The notes under the pieces were generated by a model that was not told the origin of the DNA, ran no database searches, and saw only the letters and a program-made list of their open reading frames with translations. From an uncultured Chloroflexia bacterium (GTDB lineage Bacteria > Chloroflexota > Limnocylindria > Limnocylindrales > CSP1-4): a DNA stretch of 64,000 bases. Location of the stretch: NCBI GenBank assembly GCA_963827965.1, contig CAWHCW010000018.1, forward strand, positions 120,454 through 184,453. The letters are read 5' to 3'. Position numbers and translations under genes: made by a program. Position 1 is the first letter of the stretch; the number at the start of each line of letters is the position of its first letter. This document shows positions 33,821 to 45,268 of this stretch, piece by piece.

Positions 33821-36800
33821 TCATCGGAACTCGTCCGCGCCCATGTCGAAGGCACCGGACGCAGGGCGGGCGGCCGGTGGGGTCGGTGGGCCTGCTGGGG
33901 AGTCGATGTCGGCAGTCGGCGCCGACAGGGTTGCCGGAGGCTGCTGGTACAGGGGCACGGCCTTGCTGACCGCCCCGGTGTTGTACGCCGGCGACGAGAT
34001 GCCGGAGAGGTGGTAGTCACCGAGGACCCTCGGCGGGAGGTCGGCCGCGACCAGGATCGCGCCGACGAAGTTCGGGTTGGTCCGCCACGGGGCGAACGTC
34101 AGCGCCGTGTCGTAGGCGACGACGACGAGCGGGTCGGCGGCGGAGTTGGTGGCCGGGCTGGTCGTGTACGGGATGCGTCCCGGCGTTCTGCTGGACGATG
34201 GAGTTCGTCGGGGCCAGCAGGATCCGGAGCCGTCGGCGACGCCGAGGTCCCAGTGGTTGATCGGCGTGGCGTCACCCGGCCGCGCCGATGCCCGATCACG
34301 GTGCCGCAGGACGCGGGTGCCGGCCCGGTTGTCCCAGAAGATGTTGTTGAACAGCAGCGGGTTGCTGAAGCAGGCGGCGACGCCCGCACGCGGCAGCGTC
34401 GCCTGGAGCAGCGCGCTGTTCGCGCCGGTCGAGAGGCCGGCCGGGGCGGGCTGGCCGTTGCTCGTCACGGCCGTGGCGGTCGTGACGTTCTTCATGATCG
34501 TGTTGTTGTAGACCCGGACGTTGGGCGCGTCGTCGAGCGCGATGCCGCCGCCCTCGTGGGTCGACACGTTGTTCACGATCATGTTGTTGTAGACGTTCAT
34601 CGGGAAGTTGCCGGCCATCAGGAACCGGATCCCGCCGCCGTCGTCGTTGGCCATGTTGGCCTGGATCAGGTTGTCGTGGATGGACGACGGCGCCCGAGCC
34701 CGGCGAGAGGATCGACGGATCGGCCGGCAGCTCGCCGGCGATCATGATCCCGCCGCCCTCGTCGTAGCGACTGGTTGTAGTAGATCCGGTTGTGGTCGAT
34801 CGAGCCGTTCGGGCTGAGGCCGTAGCTGGCTGACGCCGCCGCCGTACTCGGCCGAGAAGTTGCCGCAGATGTCGTTGCCGGTGACGACGTAGCCGTCGCT
34901 GCCGGCGAAGAGGCCGATGCCGCCGGCCAGGTTCGTGCCGCCGTTGGCGATGATCCGGTTGTTGGCGATGCGGACGTCGTCGTTCTGGTTGTCGGTGTCG
35001 GGCGCGGGCAGGTCCGGCGTGCCGATGCGGATGGTCCCGTACGCGCCGCCGTTGTTCTGGATCGACGTTGTTCGTGATCTGCAGGTTGCGGGCGTAGGCG
35101 TTGGCGAAGATCGCGCCGCCCTGGGTGATCAGGCCGGCCGGGCAGGCCGGTCGGCACGCCGCCGATCTCGTTGATGTTGCCGGGGAAGCCCATCTGGTCG
35201 CCGCCGCGGAGGTCGAAGCCGTCGATCGAGGCGCGGTCGTCGGCGTTGAACGTCGTCGGGAACGGCCGTCGCCGCTCGGCGGTGCGAAGGCGTGGTGTCG
35301 TCGGCACGTAGATCGAGATGACCGCGCCGTCGTAGATCGTCTGGTTGCCGGCCCAGTTCAGGGTCGCCGATCCTGCGCGTACCAGTCGGTCGCCACCGGG
35401 CTGTCGCCGCCGAAGGCGCCGCCGTCGATGATCGAGCCCGCGCACGGAGCCGTCGGGGCTGCCCGGGCCGACGCCCTGCAGCTTCACCTGCTGGAGATGA
35501 TCAGGTTCTCGTAGTAGGCGCCGCGCGGGTTTGACGCGGGTCGCCGGTCGGGGTTGTTCGGGTAGACCACCACCAGGGCGCCCCTGCTGGAGTTGCCGCT
35601 GGACGCCGAGACGAAGCTGGCCGCTGCGTCGAGCGCCCGCTGGATCGCGTGGTCGGCCGTCACGGGCAGCGTGTTGGCCGGGGCGAACAGCGTCCTGCCC
35701 GGGCCCGACCTCGAAGATCGGCGGGTTGTAGCGCTGCCGCCCGATCCTGTGGAAGGTGAGGCCGTTGATCGTGGTCCTGCCGTTGCCGGCCGTGACCCGG
35801 AGCTGGTGCGCCCACGAAGCCGCGCGGGCACCGTGAAGTTGGTGGTCGTGATCTGGGTGTCGGTCCACCCGCCGGTCGCGATCGGCAGGTTGGTGAGCTC
35901 CCGTTCGAGGCGGTCGAGCGTGAGGTTCCCGGTGCCCTCGCAGTGCGCCGAATCCCGTAGCCCTTGACGCACCGGGTGATCGCCGGCCCCGGTCGCGTAC
36001 GGCCGCGACACCGCGTACAGCTCCGGGCGTCCGGGTCGCCGGTGCGGCGGCCGGGTCGTTGACCGGGCACGACGACCGCGATCTGGGTCTGGCGCGCCCG
36101 GCAGCTGGATCGATGACGCCGACCTGGGTCGGGGCCGTGTCGGCCGGGACGATGAGGCCCGGGAAGGCCTCGAACTCGGCCGCGATCGTCCGGTACTGCG
36201 GGTTGTAGTTCGGGTTGAGCCGGCCCGGGACGCCCGGGTCGTTGCCGACGAACCGGTAGAGGTTGGCGCAGACGCCGGACGGCGTCGGGCAGTTGATCCG
36301 GTTCGTCGACGGCAGGAGCACGTCGAAGAGGCCGTTGTAGTCGGTCTCGACGGTCGTGACCAGGCGGTTGGCGAAGTCGTAGATGCCGACCGGGGCGAAC
36401 GGCATGCCGGCCTTCTCGCCGAAGAGCAGGGACTTCGGGTCGGTCGAGAAGTTGAGGTCGTCGACGTTGTAGGCGAAGAAGCGGCCCGGGCAGCGGCACG
36501 TCGGTGAAGACGTTGAACATCGGGACGATCGACTTGCCGTTCTGGAGCGTCGACGAGCTTCGTGTCGCAGAGCGGCCGCGGCCGGCCCTCGTAGGGCGAG
36601 CCGCCGATGTCGACGAAGGTCGGGTTCTCGGTCGGCGTGGAGGCCGGGACGGTGAGGTCCGGCCGCCGTTGCCGGACGGGTCGGCGACGGTCGCGCGTAG
36701 CCGTCGTGCCGACGTCGGCGACGTCCACCGTGTGGAGCGGACCGGCGCAGGCGGGCGGCGGGACCTGCGGCACGAACTGTCGCCGTTCCCGATGTTGATG

Positions 36801-39397
36801 TCCTCTTCGCGGGTGACCTTGTAGATCGGCTGGCCCGACGTGTCCACCTTGCCGGCGAGGTCGATGTGGACGAGGTAGTCGTCCGCCGGGCAGGCGCGCG
36901 TCGAAGCGTGCCGCCGACGCAGACTCGGGCGCGGACGGGTCGGTGGCGTCGAGGGTGCCGTCGAAGCAGCGCGTCGCCGAAGCCGTAGTTGCCGTCGACG
37001 GCGGCGCCGAAGTTGGCGTCCGGGGTCGCCCTGGTCGGTCGGCGTACGGCCCGAACTGGACGCCCATCAGCGGGCCTTCGAGGCAGCCCTTGCCCGCGCC
37101 CGACCGGCAGGACCTGCTGGTCGGCGGGGTTGACGAGCGGGTTGCCGTCGACGTCGCGGGCGACGCAGTCCGTGCGGGCCGCTCCCACGTCTCGGAGACG
37201 TAGGTGTTGAGGAGCTTGCCCTGCGCGTAGGACCCGTCGGGTGCCAGCTCGTAGTCGCCGCGCGCGTCGCACGGCGTCGCCGGCGTTCGTGCCGCAGGGG
37301 ACCGGCGCGTAGAGCTCGACGGTGAGCCCGGAGACGCCCGGCTGCCAGTCCTCGGCGGCCGCGTACTGCGGGTCGAGCTCGTTGCGGGTCGTGTCGTAGC
37401 TGATCGAGCCGACGATGCCGCCGTTCTGCGGGTCGACCCCGTTGGTGCCGGTCGCGTCGTAGGCGTGGACGCCCCAGTCGAGCGTGCCCGACGAGGCCGA
37501 TGATCGGCAGGACGCTGACGTCGACGCCGGCGCCGATGACCGTCGTCGGCGTCGGCTGGTTGTCGGCCTGGTAGGTGATGCCGGTCGTGTAGTAGCGGTC
37601 GTCGTACGCCTCGAGGACGAGCCACTCCGTGAGCGGGTAGGCGTTCTCCATCGACGTAGTAGCCGGACTGGTCGGTGCTGACCGCGGTCGCGCCGCGGTC
37701 CATCAGCGAGTTCTCGCGCTTGCGCAGGGTGAGGCCGAAGTTCGGGCACGCCCGGCTCGCCGGCGTCCCGCTTGCCGTTGCGGTTCGTGTCGTTGAAGAC
37801 GTAGCCGTCGATCTTGGTGAACCAGCCGGCGAGCGGCAGGACGCCCATGTCGACGGTCTCGCCGTTGGCGACGGTGACCTGGAGGAGGTCGAGGATGTAG
37901 TTCTGCGGCGTCGTCCCAGTAGGTCAGCGTGTAGGTGCCGTCGGGGACGTTGGGGATCGTCGAAGGTGCCGTCCGCGTCGCCGCGGCCGAACTAGACGGC
38001 CGTGTCGCCGCGGTCGAGGTCGGAGAGCGCGATCCACGGCTTGTCGATCGGATGGTCGATCTTGGCGCCGCAGAGGCCGCCCCAGATGGTGCCGGGCAGG
38101 CAGGCCGCCCTTCTGGCGGGACGTAGATGTCCATGGCGTCGACGACGCCCTTGATCGTGCCGGTCCCGCCGGCCGCGAACGCTGGTGGCGTCGGGCGGTC
38201 GTTCCAGTAGGCTGGTCGTCGGGCCCGGGACGTAGCCGAAGATCGTGGCCGGGAACGGCTCGCCGGCGACCACGAACTCGGTGTCGAGGCCGGTCGCGCC
38301 CTCCATCACCCAGGCGTCCCAGTCGTGGTTGCCCTCGAGGGTGGTCGTCTGGACCCAGCTCTGGCCGGTCGGCGGGACCATCGACAGGGCGTAGCGGTTC
38401 GGGCCGAGGTTCGGGATCGTGAGGACGCCGCGGGCCAGCGCCGGGTCGAGCGGCGCCTACAGCATGACGTACAGTGCATCGTCGTCGCCGGCCCGTTGAC
38501 GACGCCGTCCATGTTGACGTCGCCGGTCAGGCACTTGCCGCCCAGGTGGGTGACGATCGGCTCGCCTGGTCGGCGATCGAGCGACCGGTCGTCGTCGCCC
38601 GCGATCCTGGACGCCGTCGTCGTTCGCGTCGTCGAACTCGTACTTCGTGCACAGCGGGTTGCCGAAGACGTCGGTGTTGACCTGGCCGAGGTAGTCGGTG
38701 ATCTTGCCGGACAAGCCGGGAGGCCGTCCTCGCCGGGGTCGTACTGGCCGTTGGCCGCGGTGACGTCGGCGAAGACCTGCGGCCTTGATCGTGGCCGTCG
38801 GCAGCGGGAGCGGCTGCAGCGGCACCGTCGACCAGGCCGGGGTCCGCGCGGGACGCGTGAACGGGGTGCCGTCGAGCTTGAAGCCGTCGGCGAGCACGGA
38901 GATCGAGGTAGCGGCCGGTCCGGGCAGGGTGATGCCGGTCGTGCCGTTGAGGTCCGTCTCGTCGCCCTGGGCGACGACCGGGGCGGAGCTCCGCAGGCCC
39001 GGCGATCGAGGTCCACGTGCAGGAATCCGGGTAGCGCCGGGTTCGGCGTGGTGTGGGCCGCGTCCAGCCACGGCGAGCAGTCCGACCCCGGGTTCGCGTT
39101 GCGCGTGACGTGGTCGCCGGTGTTGTCCTCGTTGATCATCCACTTGTAGGTGGTGACGGCGTCGCCCATCGTCACCGGCCCGATGTCGGCGTCGGCTCGG
39201 TGCGGGCCGCGATGACGCGGAGCGTGATCGTGTTCGTCGGCGCCGCCGGGGCGGCCTGCGGCGCCGCGGGCGGCGGGCGCCACGGGGGCGGCCGCGACGG
39301 GCAGGGCCAGCTGGGTGCTGACCAGGAGCGCGCTGGCGACCCACATCCCAAGGAAGCGGAGGGTCCTGCGCGAGCGACCGGATCGCGAGTGTTCCAT
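33821..39397 (-). pseudogene. giant (~1850 aa) secreted protein: SdrD B-like/Cna-B-type region plus C-terminal right-handed parallel beta-helix repeats; many frame breaks
   Basis: The ATG at 39397 follows AGGAG. The signal is MEHSRSGRSRRTLRFLGMWVASALLVSTQLALPVAAA. GYVFNDTNRNGKRDAGEPG lies at about 37770-37830. Beta-helix repeats occur from about 33900-35600 (NNMIVNNVSTHEGGGIALDDAPNVRVYNNTIMKN, NNRIIANGGTNLAGGIG). The C-terminus is FDMGADEFR. Conserved-looking sequence can be followed across frames with no gap. Confidence 0.7.
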
Positions 39398-39465
39398 CAC
39401 CTGGTGCTCCTCACTCCTTTTCGAACGTCGATTGCCGGCCGCGGAGGCGCGGTTGTCCTGGGTGC

Positions 39466-40105
39466 TCATCGATCGCCTCCGGCGTGCGTGGATCCCGCGG
39501 TCGCGGGGGATGCGGAAGGCCCGGCCGGCGCGGCGTGCGTCGACCCGGGCGCCTGGACTGGTACCTGGTCTTCCTGCGCCGCCCGCCAGGCGCCGCGCCA
39601 CGGCACCCCCGCGAGCAGCGAGAGAGGGGCGAGGACGAGGAGCGCCGCCTCCAGCGCGTAGACGGCGTCAATGGCGAGGTCCTCGAGGAGGCTGACGCCC
39701 GCCTCCTCCTCGGCGCCGAAGAGGAACCCGTGGAGCTGGTTGCCGGGGATGCTGAGGGCGGCGAACAGGACCGCGGCAAGGAACGCCCCAGAGCGCCACG
39801 GTGGTCAGCGATGCACGTCCCCCCGGCTGGGCGGGACGGAGCCTGGCGACGAGGAGCGCGGCGACGACGATCGCGATGGCGGCGAACGGCACGGCCAGGG
39901 AGGCGTCGCGCAGCCAGTGGATGACCGGCGGCGGCTCGTTGTGCTCGTGGAGGTCCGCATGGACGAGCTGCAACACGGCGGTGGGAACCGCCGCGAGCAG
40001 CCAGGCGTATACGACCACCCGGCCCGCCAGGAGGCGGAATGCGGCGCCGGCCGCGCCGTCCCCCGGTTCCGGCGCGCGGGCGCGGGCATCGACCTGGTCC
40101 ATCAT
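39466..40105 (-). pseudogene. His-rich polytopic membrane protein, unknown function; one +1 frame break
   Basis: The product starts MMDQVD... TM segments are VVVYAWLLAAVPTAVLQLV, LAVPFAAIAIVVAALLVA, LAAVLFAALSI and VYALEAALLVLAPLSLLAG. The loop between TM1 and TM2 is HADLHEHNEPPPVIHW. The length is 640 = 3x213+1, and the break is at ggcgtt-c-cttgcc (about 39783). Confidence 0.6.
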
Positions 40106-40113
40106 CGTCGCGG

Positions 40114-42103
40114 TCACTTGCCACCTCCCTGCCCGGCCCGGGGCGGGCCGCTGGCATCGGGTCCTGGGGTTGGATTGGCCTGGGTCGGCGGCCCGCCCAT
40201 GCCGGTCGGCGCGATCGTCGGCGCCGCGCCGGTCGGCGTCGGGACCAGTGGAGCGGCGGCCACGACGACCGTGACCGTGGTCGGGCGGCCAAGCACCGCC
40301 GGCTGGCCGGCGCCCGTGGCGCGCTCGAGGCTGAGCAGGAGGAGGTAGGTCCCGGGTTCCGTGGGGACCGGTCCGGAGAGCCAGGTCGTCTGCGCGGCCG
40401 CGGCCGGAACGGAGAGCTCGCGGGTCATCGGCGCGGCCGGGCCGGTGCCCGCGAGGGCGACCCAGCGACCCGTCAGCCGGACGGTCGAACAGGCGGCGGC
40501 GCCGTCCGGGCCGTCGGTTCGCGTTTCCGACGCGCAGATGCCCCAGGCGGTCGGCTCTCCGTTCGTGACCACGACCTGGACCGCTGCCAGCGTCCCGGCC
40601 GTGACCGACATGGCTGGCGGCGCCTCCAGCCACGCGGCGCCCGGGCCGCCGACGTGGACGACGACACCCGGGATGGAGGCCTGGACCGCGTACGGGAGAG
40701 CGACGCCGTCACGGTCGTGGAGCGTGACCTCGAGGCGGTACCGGCCGCTCGTCGCCGGCAGGGTCACGGCTCCCGCGATGCTGCCATCGGCGACCGTCGC
40801 GGGGACGACGTCGACGAGCGACGCGGCCGACTCGCGGGCAACAAGGGTCGGATCGTCCGCGCCCGGCGCGGGGCTGGCGGCGGGACCGGGGCTGGCCGCG
40901 GGATCCCGGCCGGCCGCAACGTCGGGGCTGGCCGCGGGATCCTGGCCGGTCGCGGGGTCTGCGCCCTGCGTCGGACCGGCCGGGGGGCTCGCCTCGTCGA
41001 GCGGGATCCAGCGGGTGCCCAGTCGGTATGCAACCCCGAGCTGGACCCCGGCAGGCACCTCCACGGGCACCCGCAGCGGGACCGTGGAGGCGGCCAGCAG
41101 CATCCCCGCGAGCGCCGGCGTGCCCGGTCGCGACCCGAGATCGAACGGGTCGGGCGCGGCGGACGGCTGTGGCGGCAGGACGATCTCCCAGCCGCCCGGC
41201 GGTGTGACCGCCACGGGCGGCGGGCCGGCCGGGTCGGCCGCGCGTGCCGCCGCTCCGCGGGCGACCTCGTCGGCGCGCAGATCCGCCCGCGCCACGAGCG
41301 ACCGGTAGAAGCCGCCCTGGCGGTCGGTCGGATCCAGCAGCGCGGTGAGCCCCGCGGTTCGCACGCTCGGGAACGCCAGCACGTGATCGTGGAAGCTGGG
41401 GGCCGCCCGCCAGATCTGCTCGAGGGTGCCCCTGCCCGCGAGGATCGCCCGCACGTAGTGCGCCGGCCCCAGGAACGCATCGGCCAGGACGGCCGCGGCA
41501 CCCGCCGCCAGCCACCCGGCGGCGAAGTTGTCGACGCGCTGCGTCGCGACGTCCAGCGTCCCCTCGGGCAATCCTGGCTCGGAATTGCCGGACGCGTAGC
41601 AGAGATGACTCAGGACCACGATGGCGTTCGGGGCCAGGCGCACCGCGCGGGCGAGGTAGGACTCGCCGAAGTACTGGTGGGCCACGTTGTCCACGCCGGC
41701 GACCGGGTTCAGGCCCAGGCCGTTCTGCGTCCTCGGGTTCAGCGCCCGGCTGTACCGGCTGGGCCAGCCGTTGCCGTGGCCCAGGTAGACGACGATGGAC
41801 GCCCCACGCAGGGCATCCTCCGTCGCGGCCCACGTGGCGTTCGGCGAGTAGACCGTGACGACGTCGTCGGTGAACCGGCGCGCCTCGGCGGCGGCCTTCT
41901 CGGCGTCGGCGCGGTAGCTCGACGTCAGCCTTCCGACCGGGCCGACGATGATGGCGACGCGCGGCGCGGCGGCCTCGGCGCCCGCAGCGCCGAAGCGGCG
42001 CCGCGGCCACGACGAGGATCGGGGCCATGAGCGCGACCGAAAGCAGCCGGAGGCCCAGGCGCAGGAGCGCGCCGGTCACCCCCGGTCGGGCGGCGCCATG
42101 CAC
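40114..42103 (-). pseudogene. secreted protein of unknown function with GHG...C motif pair and Ala/Pro-rich linker; at least one frame break; start tentative
   Basis: ORF 40114..41694 is extended upstream in the same frame (VVYLGHGNGWPS...VVLSHLCYASGNSEPG). A signal-like N-terminus (GALLRLGLRLLSVALMAPILVVAAAP) lies one frame over, from the GTG at 42103. The linker contains DPAASP repeats at about 40850-40960. Confidence 0.55.
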
Positions 42104-42420
42104 GCCACGCGCCCGGGCCAGCTCCAGGGTGACCTGGGCGGCCTCGCCCGCGCCGTGCCTGCCAGTGCCGGACCCACCCACGCGCAATCACCCCCCAGCG
42201 GCGCCGCGGCTCACCCGACCGGTGGCAACCCCCGCCCCCGTTCGAATTGGGAGACATCTGCGGCGTCTCGCAGGTCGGAATGCTGCGAGGGTCGAGGCGC
42301 GCCGACCATCGGGGCGCATACGCGTTCGTCCCCGGGGGTGCCATGGGAATGTCGCCCGTCCACGACCCGGGTCCGGCCCGGGTGTGGACCTGACCCGCGG
42401 GCCAGGACTCCGCGGAGGCC

Positions 42421-43086
42421 CTAGCGGTCGGCCGGGATGAGACCCGAGCGGACCGCGTAGCGCACGAGGCCGGCGACATCGTGGATGTCGAGCCGGCCCA
42501 TCAGCTGGGCGCGATGGGTCTCGATCGTCTTGATGCTCAGGTTCAGGCTGGCCGCCATCGCCTGGTTCGATTGTCCCTCGGCGATCAGCTGGAGGACCTC
42601 GCGCTGCCGAGGCGTCAGGCCGTCCGACGTGTCGTCGCCGTCCGCGGCCCGGCGGAGGTAGTCCGACACGACGTAGCGCGACACGGCCGGGCTGAGATAG
42701 GAGCCGCCCTGGGCCACCGCCCTGACGGCAAGCTCGAGCTCCAGCGGGCTCGAATCCTTGAGCAGGTAGCCGACCGCGCCCGCCCGGAGCGCCTGCCGCA
42801 CGTACTCCTCGTTGTCGTGCATGGACAGGACGATGACGCGGACGAGCGGGTGCTCGACGCGGAGCTGGGCGATGACCTGGATCCCGTTGAGGCCGGGCAT
42901 CGTGATGTCCAGGACAGCCACGTCGGGGACGTGCTCCGCGATCACCCTGAGCGCCTCGCGACCGTCGGCGGCCTCCGCGACGACCTGGACGCCCGGGATC
43001 GCCGCCAGGAGCGCGCGGAAGCCCGCCCGCACCAGCGCGTGATCCTCGGCGAGGACGACGCGGATCGTCGGCGGCGGGTAGGTCAC
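42421..43086 (-). CDS. NarL/LuxR-family response regulator
   Basis: The GTG at 43086 is in frame, giving 221 aa. The receiver has DVAVLDITMPGLNG. The HTH reads LTPRQREVLQLIAEGQSNQAMAASLNLSIKTIETHR. Confidence 0.9.
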   Translation of the reverse strand: MTYPPPTIRVVLAEDHALVRAGFRALLAAIPGVQVVAEAADGREALRVIAEHVPDVAVLDITMPGLNGIQVIAQLRVEHPLVRVIVLSMHDNEEYVRQALRAGAVGYLLKDSSPLELELAVRAVAQGGSYLSPAVSRYVVSDYLRRAADGDDTSDGLTPRQREVLQLIAEGQSNQAMAASLNLSIKTIETHRAQLMGRLDIHDVAGLVRYAVRSGLIPADR

Positions 43087-44028
43087 CGGACGACGTGCCG
43101 TGGCCGGCCGATCGCGAAGCGGGCGATCACCTTCGTCCCCTCGCCGTTGCCCGAACGCACCGCGACGTCTCCGCCCACCAGCGACGCGCGCTCGGCCATC
43201 CCGGCAATCCCGATGCAGGTGGTCGAGCTGCAGGCCGTCGGATCGAAGCCTGCGCCGTCGTCGCGAAACGTCGAGGACGAGCTCGCCCGACCGCGGTCGG
43301 AACCGCACGTCGACCGATACCCGGCGGGCCCCGGCATGGCGGACGACGTTCGTGATCGCCTCCTGGGCAATGCGGAAGCAGGTCGTCTCGATCTCGGCCG
43401 GGAGCCGGGCCTTGCCGAGCGCGACCCGGCAGGAGATGACCATGTCGGAACGGAGGTCGACCCGGCGGCAGAGCGCCCGCAGGGCGGCGCCGAGCCCGAG
43501 GTCGTCGAGCACGGCCGGCCGCAGGTCGAAGGCCGCGGTTCGCACCTGGTGGATCGCGGCGTCGACCGCGGCGATGCTGTCGTTGATGTCGGCCCCGCTC
43601 GCCCCGGTCCGTGCGTCCACGCGATCGAGCCACAGGAGGTTGAGCCGAACGGCCGTCAGGGCCTGGCCGACGACGTCGTGGAGATCTCGCGAGATCCGTG
43701 CCCGCTCCGCCTCCTGGGCAGCGACGAGGCGCGCCCGGATGGCGCGATCGATTGCTGGGACGTGCGTCGATCCCGGGGCCGACCGAGCCGTCGTCCGCCG
43801 GCCACGGGACGCCGTCGGGCGGTCTCGAGACGATCTCGACCGGGACGAACGAAGCCGCCCCAGGCTGGGGCACGCGTGCCGCCATCTGTCCACCCCCCAC
43901 CCCGCTTGTGAAGGGAGCATCCCGGGGCCACCCGGCCTGTCGACCCGCCACGGGTGCGGGGCGACCTCCCCTCTGTCGGCGATCCCCATCCCCGACACGT
44001 CGGCGCAAGAATGAGGCGGGCTGGACAT
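43083..44028 (-). pseudogene. NarL-partner (HisKA_3-type) histidine kinase without evident TM sensor; one frame break; start tentative
   Basis: The H-box is ERARISRDLHDVVGQALTAV and the N-box is EAITNVVRHAGA. After a break near 43280 the sequence reads RDDGAGFDP and GIAGMAERASLVGG (ORF 43083..43370). No hydrophobic helices appear upstream of the H-box. Confidence 0.75.
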
Positions 44029-44136
44029 CGCATCTATAGTCGTCTTCGACCATTCGGATGGTCCGTTGCCGGTCACGACGTGGTGGCGTTGATGGCTGGT
44101 GCCGATTCGCGAGCAGGAACGGGCAAGGGGGGCAGC

Positions 44137-45268
44137 ATGTCCCGGATGGGGGAGCTCGACGCCGGGGACGCGCCGCGGGGCGGCTGGCTGATCGCGCGCC
44201 CGCTGCCCCTCCTGATTGCGCTCGATGCGACGGGCATCGCGCTCGCCGCCGCCTCGCTTGCCCAGCTGGGCGATCCGGACGTCCTGCTCCACGTGGTCTG
44301 GATCGTCCTCGCGGTCGAGGCGTTCGCGTTCGGCCTGCGGATCGCGGCCCTGCGGATCCGTCGCCGCGTCCGTCTTCGTGGTCCTCTACGCCGTTGCCGC
44401 CAACGGGGACGCGAGCCCCGCCGCCGCCGCCCTGACCGACCTGGACCTCGAGGAATGGCCGCTCATGGCCGTGATCGCCGTCCTCGTCGCGATCATGGCC
44501 GACCGCGTGATGCTCACGGGACGCCGCTACGCGGCGCTCTACCGGGCAGCCAGCGATCGACTGCTGACGGCCCAGGAGGACGAGCGGAAGCGCCTGGCCG
44601 CAGACCTGCACGACGGCGTCGGGCAGACGATGACCGCCCTCGCGCTCACTCTCGACGCGGCCGAGGCCGCCCTGGCGAACCCCGACGCGCCCGACGCGGC
44701 CGGCCGCGATGCCGTCCGCCGGGCGCGCGAGATGGCGGGCCTGGCCCTCGAGGACGTCCGTGGCGTCGCGTTCCGGCTGCGCCCCGCCCGACTGCGGGAG
44801 ACCGGACTGGTGGCCGCCCTCCGCGAGCTCGCCGCCTCGGCCGGCATGGCCGTGGAGTTCTCGGCCGACGCCTCCCTCCTGCGGCCGGATCTGCTGGACC
44901 CCGCCAGCGAGGTGGACACCTACCGGATCGTCCAGGAGGCGCTCGGCAACGCCACGCGCCACGGGCAGCCGCACCTGGTCCAGATCTCGGTCCGGCGGCT
45001 CGATCGGCAGCTGCGAATCGAGGTCGTCGACGATGGGGTGGGATTCGACGCACGCGGCGTCGACGGACGCGGGCTCGGGCTCGCGAGCATGCGCGATCGC
45101 GCCCTGGTCGTCCGTGGAGCGCTCCACGTCCGCTCGCGACCCGGGACGGGGACCGTCGTGCGCCTGGACGTGCCGTTGGCGGACGACGCCCTGCGGAGCC
45201 TGACGGACGGAGCCGCCGGCCGCGCCGCGAGCGCAGCGCCTGCCCAGGCTGAAGCGCCGGTCCGCTGA
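44137..45268 (+). pseudogene. membrane-bound HisKA_3-type histidine kinase; one +1 frame break near 44360
   Basis: The product starts MSRMGELD... with TM helices (LIARPLPLLIALDATGIALAAASL, VVWIVLAVEAFAFGL, VFVVLYAVAA, LMAVIAVLVAIMA). The H-box is ERKRLAADLHDGVGQ, followed by EALGNATRHG, DDGVGF and GLASMRDRA. The length is 1132 = 3x377+1. Confidence 0.8.

Noticed and set aside
43127-45127. A 666-aa minus-strand ORF overlaps both histidine kinases.
   Set aside because: It runs antisense to kinase 2 and out of frame with kinase 1. The H-box, N-box and G-box motifs are found only in the frames I annotated.
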